From a virus (Duplodnaviria > Caudoviricetes): a DNA stretch of 64,000 nt. Location of the stretch: IMG/VR virus record IMGVR_UViG_3300042154_002208; one strand, 5' to 3'. Shown here one piece after another: positions 38,082 to 47,020 of this stretch (position 1 is the stretch's first letter; every line of letters begins with the position of its first letter). The notes beneath the pieces are model-generated. The model was given only the letters and a program-made list of their open reading frames with translations, searched no databases and was not told the origin of the DNA. The translations under genes and the position numbers were made by a program.

Positions 38082-39023
38082 ATGGAATTTCGTGAAGATC
38101 AATTTTTGTGGGTTGAAAAGTATCGCCCTCGTAAACTAGATGAATGTATTTTACCTGTAGACCAAAAGAAGGTCTTTCAGGACATGGTTGAAAAAGATGA
38201 AATACAAAACATGCTATTGTGTGGTTCGGCGGGTGTAGGTAAGACTACTATTGCCCGAGCATTATGTGAAGAACTAGGTACAGACTATATCATCATTAAC
38301 GGTTCAGAAGAATCTGGTATTGATGTTCTTAGAACTAAGATCAAACAGTTTGCTTCTACAGTATCCTTTAGTGGCAAGACTAAAGTTGTTATTTTAGATG
38401 AGGCTGATTACTTAAACCCCAATTCTACACAACCGGCCTTAAGAGCATTCATAGAAGAATTCTCAGCAAATTGCAGATTCATTTTTACTTGTAATTTTAA
38501 AAATCGTATTATTCCTCCGCTTCATTCTCGATGCGCGGTAATCGAATTTAAAATTGGTAAAGAAGAACGTCCTAAGATTGCTGCTCGTTTCTTTAAACGT
38601 GTTAATGAAATATTGGCAAACGAAAAGGTCGAAGCCGACCCTAAAGTTGTAGCAAAAGTTCTTGAGAAACATTTTCCCGATTATCGTCGTGTACTTAATG
38701 AGTTGCAGCGTTATGCATCTTCGGGTAAAATTGATGAGGGCATTCTTGTTAATATGGGTGAGGTTAATATGCAAGACCTTATCTCTGCTCTCAAAGACAA
38801 AGATTGGAAAAAGATGCGTACCTGGGTTGTTAACAATTTAGATAACGATCCGCAAACTCTTTTCAGAAAAATCTATGATACATTATTAGATTCGGTTGTT
38901 CAAGTTCCACAACTTGTTTTGTTGCTTGCAGACTATCAGTACAAAGCGGCATTTTGTGCAGACCAAGAAATTAATCTTGTTGCGTGTTTAACAGAGATTA
39001 TGGCATCGGTTGAATTTAAATGA
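38082..39023 (+). CDS. gp44: Clamp loader large subunit gp44
   Basis: LWVEKYRP, GSAGVGKTT, ILDEADYL, PLHSRC. Confidence 0.96.
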   Translation: MEFREDQFLWVEKYRPRKLDECILPVDQKKVFQDMVEKDEIQNMLLCGSAGVGKTTIARALCEELGTDYIIINGSEESGIDVLRTKIKQFASTVSFSGKTKVVILDEADYLNPNSTQPALRAFIEEFSANCRFIFTCNFKNRIIPPLHSRCAVIEFKIGKEERPKIAARFFKRVNEILANEKVEADPKVVAKVLEKHFPDYRRVLNELQRYASSGKIDEGILVNMGEVNMQDLISALKDKDWKKMRTWVVNNLDNDPQTLFRKIYDTLLDSVVQVPQLVLLLADYQYKAAFCADQEINLVACLTEIMASVEFK

Positions 39024-39307
39024 TTGATTTATTAAAACCTACATTTGATTGGATTAAAGATGACTACATTACTAATCGCTTTCGTTTTTGCGTGGAGTTG
39101 CTTGCTTGGGCTATCAGTATTGGGTGTTCAATTACCATGGCTCTCACAGTCCCCAACCCGCCCCTACTTTCTCTTTACCCTATATGGATCGTCGGTTGCG
39201 GTATGTATGCTTGGGCTGCTTGGACTCGTAAATCTTTTGGCATGCTGGCTAACTATCTGTTACTGGTAACAATTGATTCAGTTGGACTGATAAGGATGCT
39301 ATCATGA
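39020..39307 (+). CDS. Small multi-pass membrane protein
   Basis: Three hydrophobic segments; ATGA-type overlaps with both neighbours. Confidence 0.65.
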   Translation: MIDLLKPTFDWIKDDYITNRFRFCVELLAWAISIGCSITMALTVPNPPLLSLYPIWIVGCGMYAWAAWTRKSFGMLANYLLLVTIDSVGLIRMLS

Positions 39308-39744
39308 GTTTATTTGGAACCCCTGTGGAAAAACCAGCAGAAGTTCCATATAAGGCTCCTGCAATTTCCCCCTTTGACTTTATTAATGCTATTCATTACA
39401 GCAAAGATAATCTAATCGTAGACGATTGGTCGGAGAAACAATATAACGCTTTTATCATTAATAAAGGACTATCTTACGGACATGACACAGTAATCCCTGC
39501 GAATGAGATGAATTCGCGACCACATCTTGAGAAAAAGATGCAGTTTTCGTTTCTTATAAATACTATTAGGCCCCGTAAAAGATTCAATAAATGGATCAAG
39601 GCGGAGAAAATTGAATCGATCGAAGTAATAAAAGAATACTATGGATATAGCACAGAAAAAGCCCGCCAAGTACTCCCGCTTCTCGACGACTCAAAATTAG
39701 ATTATTTAAGAACAAAACTAATAAAAGGTGGTCGTAATGGCTGA
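39304..39744 (+). CDS. gp62: Clamp loader small subunit gp62
   Basis: PFDFINAI, FIINKGLS, RPRKRFNKW, IKEYYGYS. Confidence 0.9.
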   Translation: MSLFGTPVEKPAEVPYKAPAISPFDFINAIHYSKDNLIVDDWSEKQYNAFIINKGLSYGHDTVIPANEMNSRPHLEKKMQFSFLINTIRPRKRFNKWIKAEKIESIEVIKEYYGYSTEKARQVLPLLDDSKLDYLRTKLIKGGRNG

Positions 39745-40168
39745 AGATATTTTTCACATTGATTATCCTGGATACAACCCGCTGGAAGTAACCATGGCAC
39801 AACCTGACGATTTTTTGAAAGTCAGAGAAACTCTCACACGCATCGGTGTAGCATCCCGCAAAGATAAAGTACTGTATCAATCCTGCCATATTTTACATAA
39901 GCAAGGTAGATATTTCATTGTTCATTTTAAAGAGCTATTTGCTCTCGATGGTAAGACTGCAGATTTAACAGAGAACGATTTACAAAGACGTAATACAATT
40001 GCCAAGCTGCTAATAGATTGGGGCTTGGTAAAAATTATTGATCCTGATAAATTTACAGATTTAGCACCATTGTCGCAAATTAAAGTAATTGCTTTTAAAG
40101 ATAAGGGCGAATGGTCTTTACAAACAAAGTATAATATTGGTAAGAAAAAACAACCTACAGATGAATAA
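39737..40168 (+). CDS. regA: Translational repressor RegA
   Basis: DDFLKVRETLTRIG, LYQSCHILHKQG.YFIVHFKELF. Confidence 0.97.
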   Translation: MAEDIFHIDYPGYNPLEVTMAQPDDFLKVRETLTRIGVASRKDKVLYQSCHILHKQGRYFIVHFKELFALDGKTADLTENDLQRRNTIAKLLIDWGLVKIIDPDKFTDLAPLSQIKVIAFKDKGEWSLQTKYNIGKKKQPTDE

Positions 40169-40172
40169 TCTG

Positions 40173-40180
40173 TATAAATA
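40173..40180 (+). promoter_or_regulatory. T4-type late promoter
   Basis: Exact TATAAATA after regA. Confidence 0.75.
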
Positions 40181-40185
40181 ATAAT

Positions 40186-40342
40186 ATCCCAGGGATGGGA
40201 ACTAGCAGTCCGAGGTAGGCTAGTAAAATATTCCTCGGGCCAATTTCAGTCCCACTACCTTGGGAACGTCTAAAGCTGGTACAACGTATGGTACCCCTGT
40301 AGTCAGTAAGCAGGATTAACGCTATGCCTTCGGGGTAGCAAA
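40186..40342 (+). ncRNA. Structured RNA / 5' leader with predicted pseudoknot (unassigned)
   Basis: TCCCAGGG/CCTTGGGA closing stem, ACTAGC/GCTAGT hairpin whose loop GTCCGAGG pairs with CCTCGGGC, plus three more hairpins. Confidence 0.55.
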
Positions 40343-40370
40343 TTTTAAACTCGCTTAATAGGAGAACTAT

Positions 40371-40601
40371 ATGTTTTACGCAAACATGGCTATCGATTCA
40401 ATTCAAGACGCCAAAATCAACTTCCTCAAACAAACAGTCAAGGAAGATTCCCTTCAAAAACCTCTAGTCGATTTTGTAGAAGCACAACGGGTCTTTACAA
40501 AACAAGTTGCTAAGTCTGCTAACGATGTAATGAATATTGCGTCAGAGACTTTTGCTAATTCGATTACTGGTAAAACAAGTAAAAAGGGAGAATCAAAATG
40601 A
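40371..40601 (+). CDS. Small helical protein, phasin-like
   Basis: Amphipathic helical composition; strong GGAG RBS. Confidence 0.5.
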   Translation: MFYANMAIDSIQDAKINFLKQTVKEDSLQKPLVDFVEAQRVFTKQVAKSANDVMNIASETFANSITGKTSKKGESK

Positions 40602-41122
40602 CATTTGTTCCACAAATATTTGGCCGTGATATGTTCAAAGACTTTGATAAACTATATGTAGGCTTTGACGATCAATTTAGCAAGATGGCCAAGATTCATG
40701 ATGATCTAACAAAGAGCATTCCGAATTATCCACCATACAATATTAAGAAAACTGGCGATACAACTTATGTTATTGAAGTTGCAGTTGCTGGTTTTGCGAG
40801 ACAGGATATTGAAATTGAACTTGCCGATGGCAAAATGATTATTAAAGGCAATGTAAATGGTGCAGAGCAAGAAGATAATTTCTTGTTCAAAGGTATTGCT
40901 AATAGAGCATTTACTCGCACATTTGCTTTAGAAGACCATATTGAAGTTCAAGATGCTGCTATGTTAAATGGTATGCTTAAGATTTTCTTAGAGCGTATTA
41001 TTCCAGAACATAAGAAGCCAAAGAAAATTGAAGTTAAAGATTCTGAAGTAAGCACAAAGCCTACAAAGAAATCTAAGCCTCAATTACTTACAGAAGATCC
41101 TGTAGAAAATAGAAACCTATAA
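40598..41122 (+). CDS. hsp20: Small heat-shock protein (Hsp20/IbpA family)
   Basis: NYPPYNIKK, IEVAVAGF, KGIANRAFTRTF, NGMLKI. Confidence 0.95.
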   Translation: MTFVPQIFGRDMFKDFDKLYVGFDDQFSKMAKIHDDLTKSIPNYPPYNIKKTGDTTYVIEVAVAGFARQDIEIELADGKMIIKGNVNGAEQEDNFLFKGIANRAFTRTFALEDHIEVQDAAMLNGMLKIFLERIIPEHKKPKKIEVKDSEVSTKPTKKSKPQLLTEDPVENRNL

Positions 41123-41307
41123 TGAATAATGATCTAAAAGAATTTGAGGGAGTTCATTTCCCTGCAATGAAAGACTTTTGGTCATGGGTTGAAAAAGCCT
41201 TTACTCCTTCATATCAAAAAGAAATTGATATGTATTTGAAAGATTCTGTAGATTATAAAGATCTAGAACATAGAATGCAGGTATTAGCACGTAGAGGATT
41301 ACTATGA
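41122..41307 (+). CDS. Small protein, DUF3563-like
   Basis: YLKDSVDYKDLEHRMQ pattern. Confidence 0.5.
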   Translation: MNNDLKEFEGVHFPAMKDFWSWVEKAFTPSYQKEIDMYLKDSVDYKDLEHRMQVLARRGLL

Positions 41308-41400
41308 AATTCATTAGAGCTTTTATTAAAATCGTACATGAAGTACGACACCGACTAGCCACTCGTGGAGATAAACTCCCCACAAAGGGTTCGTAAAATC

Positions 41401-41420
41401 ACTAGGGCTTCGGCCCTAGT
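41401..41420 (+). terminator. Hairpin with UUCG loop (probable terminator)
   Basis: ACTAGGGC-TTCG-GCCCTAGT. Confidence 0.7.
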
Positions 41421-41496
41421 TGTCCAAATGATATTAGAATACTTTGTTATTTTACATAAAGATGTTATAATATATTATTCGTAAACGGAGAATTGA

Positions 41497-41814
41497 ATGA
41501 TTAAAATTTTAAAGCTACAAACCGGTGAAGAATTAGTTGCCGATATGACAATGGAAACCGCAAGTATTAAACTTGTGCAACCATTCATTTTAACAATGTC
41601 GCCTAATCGTGAACCTGGATTTGAAAAAGAAATGACACTGGCATTGTTTCCATATGCCCCATATGTTGTTAAACATACAATTGAAGTTGATGCTTCAAAA
41701 GTTATATGGATTGCAGAATTGCCAAATAGTATGATTGCAGACTACAATCGTGCATTGGAAAATCTAAATGTTACATTGTCTAACATTAAGCAAGACCTTG
41801 ATACTAAAGCATAA
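41497..41814 (+). CDS. Conserved T4-like hypothetical (Sm-like)
   Basis: IKILKLQTGEELVA; preceded by GATGTTATAAT -10 box. Confidence 0.65.
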   Translation: MIKILKLQTGEELVADMTMETASIKLVQPFILTMSPNREPGFEKEMTLALFPYAPYVVKHTIEVDASKVIWIAELPNSMIADYNRALENLNVTLSNIKQDLDTKA

Positions 41815-41816
41815 AA

Positions 41817-41933
41817 ATGAAAACATTGCACAACTTTAAAAAACGCACCAAACAGGGCGGCAAAGCAAAAACCTCAAGTATGAATAAGACTCAAAAGAGA
41901 AGTTATAAGGCATACAGAGGCCAGGGCAAATAA
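41817..41933 (+). CDS. Small basic peptide (KTSSMNK..YRGQGK type)
   Basis: 38-codon ORF translated by hand, below the track cutoff. Confidence 0.55.
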   Translation: MKTLHNFKKRTKQGGKAKTSSMNKTQKRSYKAYRGQGK

Positions 41934-42113
41934 ATGAGCGGTAAGGGTAGTAAACCTAGACCATATAGTGTTCCTATTGCTACATTTGATAATAATTACG
42001 ATGCTATTTTTCGTAATTATAAAAAAACAGATGAAGAAAAATTTGATGATGCGATTATGAAAAACGAATACTATGAAGATTCTGAGAAGCTAACAGAAAA
42101 AGATTATAAATAA
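41934..42113 (+). CDS. Small conserved phage peptide (GKGSKPRP type)
   Basis: 59-codon ORF abutting the previous stop. Confidence 0.55.
   Translation: MSGKGSKPRPYSVPIATFDNNYDAIFRNYKKTDEEKFDDAIMKNEYYEDSEKLTEKDYK
42105..42112 (+). promoter_or_regulatory. T4-type late promoter upstream of an isolated tRNA
   Basis: TATAAATA 8 nt before the tRNA. Confidence 0.6.
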
Positions 42114-42120
42114 ATTATAC

Positions 42121-42194
42121 CGCGGATTGGTGAAATGGTATCACAAAGGACTCATAATCCTTAGTTCCTAGTTCAACTCTGGGGTCCGCATCCA
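42121..42194 (+). tRNA. tRNA with CAT anticodon (Met/fMet/Ile2 ambiguous)
   Basis: Cloverleaf, AAGGA-CTCATAA-TCCTT arm, TTCAACT T-loop, encoded CCA; C1:A72 mismatch. Confidence 0.85.
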
Positions 42195-42196
42195 TT

Positions 42197-42499
42197 ATGA
42201 AAAAAATTATATTATTACTGCTACTGGCTGTATCTACAATTGCGTGTAGTGAAGAAAAACACAAACCCGTAATTTGTTTAGATACAAAAGAAATGTTTGA
42301 CGCAATATTTGAAGAATACCGCGAGACAATACTTATGATATTTGACCAAGATACATTTACCAACAAGATTGTTTTAACAGTTAATCAAACAACAAAGACA
42401 TGGTCATTAGTCGAATACAGTACTAAGATAGCTTGTTTGTTAGGTTCAGGCCATAATTATAAGATAATGGGTCGTGTATCAAGTAAAGATTATATATGA
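42197..42499 (+). CDS. Secreted hypothetical protein
   Basis: Signal peptide MKKIILLLLLAVSTIAC (possible lipobox). Confidence 0.65.
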   Translation: MKKIILLLLLAVSTIACSEEKHKPVICLDTKEMFDAIFEEYRETILMIFDQDTFTNKIVLTVNQTTKTWSLVEYSTKIACLLGSGHNYKIMGRVSSKDYI

Positions 42500-43224
42500 A
42501 GTATATAATGTTATTAGCATTGTTTATAACAAGCAATGCCTTTTCCATGAAAGTAACTGCTCATTCTTGGCTTGTTGCTGATAGCAATGGTAAGATAATT
42601 CAGGGTGAGCGTATGGATGAGTCTCGCTCAATTGCAAGTATCACAAAACTTATGACTGCAATGGTCGTAATAGATGCCGGTCAAGATCCAAAAGAAAAAC
42701 TGGGCAAATTTACAAGGGAACAGCATATACAGTTGGCGCTTGTTAAATCCAGTAATGAATCTGCTATTTTACTATGCGACAAATATCCCGGCGGCAAACC
42801 CAATTGTATTAGGGATATGAATCAAAAAGCAGTTGCGATTAATATGCACAATACTAAATTTGTCGAGGCATCGGGATTGAGCCCAATGAATATTAGTACT
42901 GCTAAAGATTTATTGGAATTAACATTGGCCGCAAGCTACTATCCCGAAATTGTTGAAGCAAGTAAAACTCCTCAAGTAAAAATTCAGATCAAAAAGAAGT
43001 GGTTCTTTTTTAATAATACAAATCCTATTATTGGAAAGAGACATAATTTTATTGTGAGTAAAACTGGAACAACAAATGCTGCTGGTGGTTGCATCGTTAT
43101 GATGCTTGATACCGATATCGGCAGACGTATTGTTGTTGTTCTTGGAAGTAAAAACGGTAGAACTAGAATTCCCGAAGCCGAATTTATCGCACTTCAGGAA
43201 TATCAATTAGATAAAATTTATTAA
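42496..43224 (+). CDS. Peptidase S11 D-Ala-D-Ala carboxy/endopeptidase (PBP7-like)
   Basis: Signal peptide; SITK (SxxK), SSN (SxN), KTG motifs. Confidence 0.9.
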   Translation: MKYIMLLALFITSNAFSMKVTAHSWLVADSNGKIIQGERMDESRSIASITKLMTAMVVIDAGQDPKEKLGKFTREQHIQLALVKSSNESAILLCDKYPGGKPNCIRDMNQKAVAINMHNTKFVEASGLSPMNISTAKDLLELTLAASYYPEIVEASKTPQVKIQIKKKWFFFNNTNPIIGKRHNFIVSKTGTTNAAGGCIVMMLDTDIGRRIVVVLGSKNGRTRIPEAEFIALQEYQLDKIY

Positions 43225-43336
43225 TTCAATTCCAGTATTTGGTACAGGTATTCAGATTGTATCTGAGGATATTCCCAGACCAAGGACTATACCCAAAGCA
43301 CCTTAATGCTAAGGTACCACTAGATTTAAAATTTTT

Positions 43337-43588
43337 ATGAAATGGCACCCAATTGGTAAAAATCTAAATTTTGCTCAAGAAATATTAGGTAATTCTGATC
43401 ATGGAATAATTACCTGGATGTATATAAGTGGGCCGTTTGGAATTGTGAAAGCGTACGATATAGGGTACATTGATGATGGATATTATGAACAATATCCTGA
43501 TAGGCTTTGGGATTTATATAAATCTATTTTGTCGGTCCTTGATGGACATTATCACTGTTGCTTATCAGGTAGGGTTTGGAATTTTTGA
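43337..43588 (+). CDS. Possible hypothetical protein
   Basis: 83-aa ORF with no recognisable motif; overlaps the end of a convergent gene. Confidence 0.25.
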   Translation: MKWHPIGKNLNFAQEILGNSDHGIITWMYISGPFGIVKAYDIGYIDDGYYEQYPDRLWDLYKSILSVLDGHYHCCLSGRVWNF

Positions 43589-43776
43589 AATTTTCTTTGT
43601 TGCCACCACATGAGCCAAGGAGTTACGTGTGCTGCCGCCATAATTAACCACATGATAGGCATTTCTAAAGTAAATGCTCCGCATAAGTTATGGTGTGAGT
43701 ATGCATAGCTAACCGCCGCTCCTAGTAGGAATACAGGTGCAGGAAACAAACTAAAAAATAGATTAATATTTTTCAT
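43552..43776 (-). CDS. Small membrane protein
   Basis: Two hydrophobic helices; coupled to the erpA stop. Confidence 0.6.
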   Translation of the reverse strand: MKNINLFFSLFPAPVFLLGAAVSYAYSHHNLCGAFTLEMPIMWLIMAAAHVTPWLMWWQQRKFQKFQTLPDKQQ

Positions 43777-44096
43777 ACACTAAACGAACTACCGCAACCG
43801 CAAGTGGATTGAGCATTTGGATTAGTTATAACAAACTGTGAACCTTGTATATCTTCTTTGTAATCCACAGTTGCGCCTGTTAGATATTGCATGCTCATGG
43901 CATCAATTAATATTTTAGTTTTTTCAAGCGGCATTTCGAAATCGTCTTCGTTCATTATCTCATCGAATGTGAATCCATAACTCATTCCGCTACATCCTCC
44001 ACCCTGCACAAATGTTCTTAAACATAAGTCAGGATTACCTTCTTCTGCGAAAAGATCTAGAATTTTTGTTTTTGCTGATTCTGTTATTGTTATCAT
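43773..44096 (-). CDS. erpA: Fe-S cluster insertion protein ErpA
   Basis: [24 protein letters not shown]. Confidence 0.88.
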   Translation of the reverse strand: MITITESAKTKILDLFAEEGNPDLCLRTFVQGGGCSGMSYGFTFDEIMNEDDFEMPLEKTKILIDAMSMQYLTGATVDYKEDIQGSQFVITNPNAQSTCGCGSSFSV

Positions 44097-44419
44097 ACTC
44101 TGAAACTTTCTCCGCATCCGCATCGGTCACGTTCGTTGGGGTTTTTAAAATCAAATCCTTCATTAAGTCCATTACGAACCCAATCCATTACTACTCCGTT
44201 TAAGTAAGCTAAACTTTTAGTATCTACTAATACTACAAAATCTTTTTGAGCGTAGTTTGTTGTGCTAACGTCAGTAACATAGTTGTCAACATATTCCATG
44301 GTATACGCTAAACCACTACAACCAGTAGTCTTTACACCCAATCGAATACCAACTCCCTTACCTCGTTTCTGAAGTAGGGTTTTAACTTTCTCATATGCCT
44401 TTTCAGTTAATGAGATCAT
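44093..44419 (-). CDS. iscA: Fe-S cluster assembly protein IscA
   Basis: [28 protein letters not shown]. Confidence 0.92.
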   Translation of the reverse strand: MISLTEKAYEKVKTLLQKRGKGVGIRLGVKTTGCSGLAYTMEYVDNYVTDVSTTNYAQKDFVVLVDTKSLAYLNGVVMDWVRNGLNEGFDFKNPNERDRCGCGESFRV

Positions 44420-44810
44420 GATTTGCTAACCATTCTTTTCTTTTGTAGTCGGCTACTGCGGCTTTAATTGCATCTTCTGCTAGGATCGAACAATGTATCT
44501 TAACTGGTGGTAATGCTAGTTCTTGGGCAATGTCGGAATTTTTAATTGATCCGGCTTGGTCAAGGGTTTTTCCTTTGACCCATTCTGTAATGAGACTCGA
44601 ACTCGCAATAGCCGATCCGCAGCCATACGTTTTAAATTTCGCATCTGTAATAATACCTGTATCATGGTCAACCTTTATTTGTAGTTTCATTACGTCGCCG
44701 CAAGCAGGCGCGCCAACCATACCAGTACCAATATCAGTATCAGTCTTGTCAAAAGATCCCACATTCCTGGGATTTTCATAATGATCAATTACTTGTTGTG
44801 AATAGGCCAT
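44403..44810 (-). CDS. iscU: Fe-S scaffold IscU
   Basis: DHYENPRNVG, GAPACGDVM, KTYGCGSAIASSS, LPPVKIHCS. Confidence 0.96.
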   Translation of the reverse strand: MAYSQQVIDHYENPRNVGSFDKTDTDIGTGMVGAPACGDVMKLQIKVDHDTGIITDAKFKTYGCGSAIASSSLITEWVKGKTLDQAGSIKNSDIAQELALPPVKIHCSILAEDAIKAAVADYKRKEWLANHDLIN

Positions 44811-45358
44811 TATAGTACAATCGGCAACCAGAGCCATATTCCTTGACTCATTAACAACGCAGATAATGCGCCAACCGCAATACTTGCAATATATAATGCG
44901 GGTGCTACAGCCAAGATACTAGCTGACAATAACACAATAGCAATTTGAAATCCAGAACCAGCAAAGGTCATCCATGGTCCAGACTTGCGTATCTCATCAC
45001 GCTCAGCTTCTAAAGCGCGGGCCTTAGCCATTAGTTCTTTCTTGCCTTCACCTGTTGCAGGCTCGCTCTCGTATCTATTAATTTTAGCAGTTAACTTATC
45101 TGCCTTTTCAAATTGTTTTCTTTCAACCGCATCGTCTCTAGCCATTTCAGCAAGAGTTTGTTTAATCGACTTTGCCTGAAAGAATGCCCAAGTATCGTTT
45201 GCTTTAATAGTATTGTTTAATACTTTAGAACTATTACCCGAAGCAATATAAGTATTAATAGCTAAAAGAGCAGCAAGTACAGTAATTAACCAACCGGCTT
45301 TATCTTTAATTTGTGCTTCACGCTCGGAACGTGATAATGGTTTCTTTTCTTCTGCCAT
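44810..45358 (-). CDS. DUF4337-like membrane protein
   Basis: WAFFQAKSIKQ motif, TM helices. Confidence 0.7.
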   Translation of the reverse strand: MAEEKKPLSRSEREAQIKDKAGWLITVLAALLAINTYIASGNSSKVLNNTIKANDTWAFFQAKSIKQTLAEMARDDAVERKQFEKADKLTAKINRYESEPATGEGKKELMAKARALEAERDEIRKSGPWMTFAGSGFQIAIVLLSASILAVAPALYIASIAVGALSALLMSQGIWLWLPIVL

Positions 45359-45359
45359 T

Positions 45360-45629
45360 TTATTTTCCTTTTTGTTTTAGTTCAATAACTTCTTTTTGAA
45401 GATATTCAAAATCTTTTCTTAGTAATTCAACATCTGTTGTATTACGACCTGGCTGCTTTATATAGCTTACAAATCTTTCGTCGGCCAGCATTACTGTGTG
45501 TTCTAACTCTGAAATTCTTGTCTGTGTGGTAAACACATACCAGCTAGCAATAACAATAGCAGTAACCACAGAGATCAAAGTCTTTAAAGGAACTGTGACT
45601 TCTGTCTTCTCATCAATTTGTACCGCCAT
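45360..45629 (-). CDS. Hypothetical protein with single TM and coiled coil
   Basis: ORF packing; TM at N-terminus. Confidence 0.6.
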   Translation of the reverse strand: MAVQIDEKTEVTVPLKTLISVVTAIVIASWYVFTTQTRISELEHTVMLADERFVSYIKQPGRNTTDVELLRKDFEYLQKEVIELKQKGK

Positions 45630-46355
45630 TTATTTGTCCTCTGCTTTTTCCAATTTGGCAATATAGTTTGCCATCATATGATCAAATACCCCAATGAACT
45701 TTTGTCCTTTTGCTCTGGCTCTTAATCTACTGCGAATCATATCCTTCACTCTCTGCCAAGGAGTTAGATCTCTAAACTCACCATAGTAGTTCATGTATTT
45801 ATGTGTCCCATGATGCGTAAAGCCCATTAACATAAAAGGAACCTTGGTAACATCATCACAGTTATTTTGCACTCTATAGTGGGTGACTGTTAGACTATTA
45901 ACGTATTCCTTATTGCCCACTCTCGGCGAACCAAATGTTATTAGTGCTATAACCTTTGATTGCATTCTGCCTGCAGCAATAGTTGCCATAGCAGCACCAA
46001 GACTATGACCTGTAACATAAAGGCTATCGATTTTTTCAACAGCTTTTTCTATTGCAGGCCATAACTTATTAATCTCACCTTTAAAGCCTACGTGAATTTT
46101 GCCACCAATCGCTTCAATATTCTTACCAGCTTTTAAATCGGCCAATATGTCTGACTTTTGTGTTACTTCAGTTCCCCTAAAACTCAAAACGTGTATACCG
46201 TTAGTATCTTTTAACAAGTATGCTTGAGCACCTTCGATATCAAAAAACTCAACAATAGTAAATCCATGAGACTTAAATTTAGTTTTTGATTCTTTTGGGT
46301 TGTCATAAGTAATTGCAGATATGTTAGCAAATACTGATAGTTGAGCTTTTTCCAT
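45630..46355 (-). CDS. Class 3 lipase (alpha/beta hydrolase)
   Basis: FRGT, HVGF, GHSLGAA (GxSxG), FGSPRVG, DDVTKVP. Confidence 0.9.
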   Translation of the reverse strand: MEKAQLSVFANISAITYDNPKESKTKFKSHGFTIVEFFDIEGAQAYLLKDTNGIHVLSFRGTEVTQKSDILADLKAGKNIEAIGGKIHVGFKGEINKLWPAIEKAVEKIDSLYVTGHSLGAAMATIAAGRMQSKVIALITFGSPRVGNKEYVNSLTVTHYRVQNNCDDVTKVPFMLMGFTHHGTHKYMNYYGEFRDLTPWQRVKDMIRSRLRARAKGQKFIGVFDHMMANYIAKLEKAEDK

Positions 46356-46373
46356 TTATTTTCCTTTTTTTTA

Positions 46374-46526
46374 TTAACCGGGTAAAAATCTACCTAGTAA
46401 AACATTAACAATTTTGTTTGATATGTCGTCTGGAAGAAATTTAAGAAACCCTAAAAAATATAACGCCACGCATCCATACACAAATATTTTCAAACACATA
46501 TCAAATGTTTTTTGGTATTCGTTCAT
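46374..46526 (-). CDS. Small membrane peptide
   Basis: 50-aa ORF MNEYQKTFD.. translated by hand, overlapping the upstream stop. Confidence 0.55.
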   Translation of the reverse strand: MNEYQKTFDMCLKIFVYGCVALYFLGFLKFLPDDISNKIVNVLLGRFLPG

Positions 46527-47020
46527 CTTCCGCACCTATTACCCGTTTGGCAAAACTGCATTAGTTCATAACCACCAATGAACAATACGAACAAGACAAA
46601 AGCAGCTCCGCCAAGTATCATAGCCCATTCATTTAGCTCTTCTTCTTTTTGTTTACGTTTACGCTCTTGATCGTTAAACATTCTTAAATCATTCGCATCA
46701 TCAGAATCCATTTCTGCTTGGCGAGCTTTGATCTTGTTCCATACGTCAATCTTACCTGTCTGCATAAACAACATCTTTAGTTCTTCTTCAAATGCTCTGG
46801 CTTGTTCTAATGCCATTTCAATCTGAAGTGCGGTTCCCATGTTGGAACCTTTTTTAGACTTTTTGGCCTCCATTAATGCTTTAGTGGCAGTACTCTTAGC
46901 GTCAAACATTTTCCCAATCATGGGAGCAAGAGAGCCTAGATCATTAGCTACTTTACTAGCTTTTTTAACCATGCTTATTGCAGACTGTATGCCTGCGAGT
47001 GCTGTCATTGGATCTATCAT
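46523..47020 (-). CDS. Conserved phage hypothetical protein with C-terminal TM
   Basis: MIDPMTALAG.. helical protein. Confidence 0.7.
   Translation of the reverse strand: MIDPMTALAGIQSAISMVKKASKVANDLGSLAPMIGKMFDAKSTATKALMEAKKSKKGSNMGTALQIEMALEQARAFEEELKMLFMQTGKIDVWNKIKARQAEMDSDDANDLRMFNDQERKRKQKEEELNEWAMILGGAAFVLFVLFIGGYELMQFCQTGNRCGR

Noticed and set aside
43258-43320. Hammerhead ribozyme (CTGAGGA core)
   Set aside because: No GAAA conserved box after stem II on either strand
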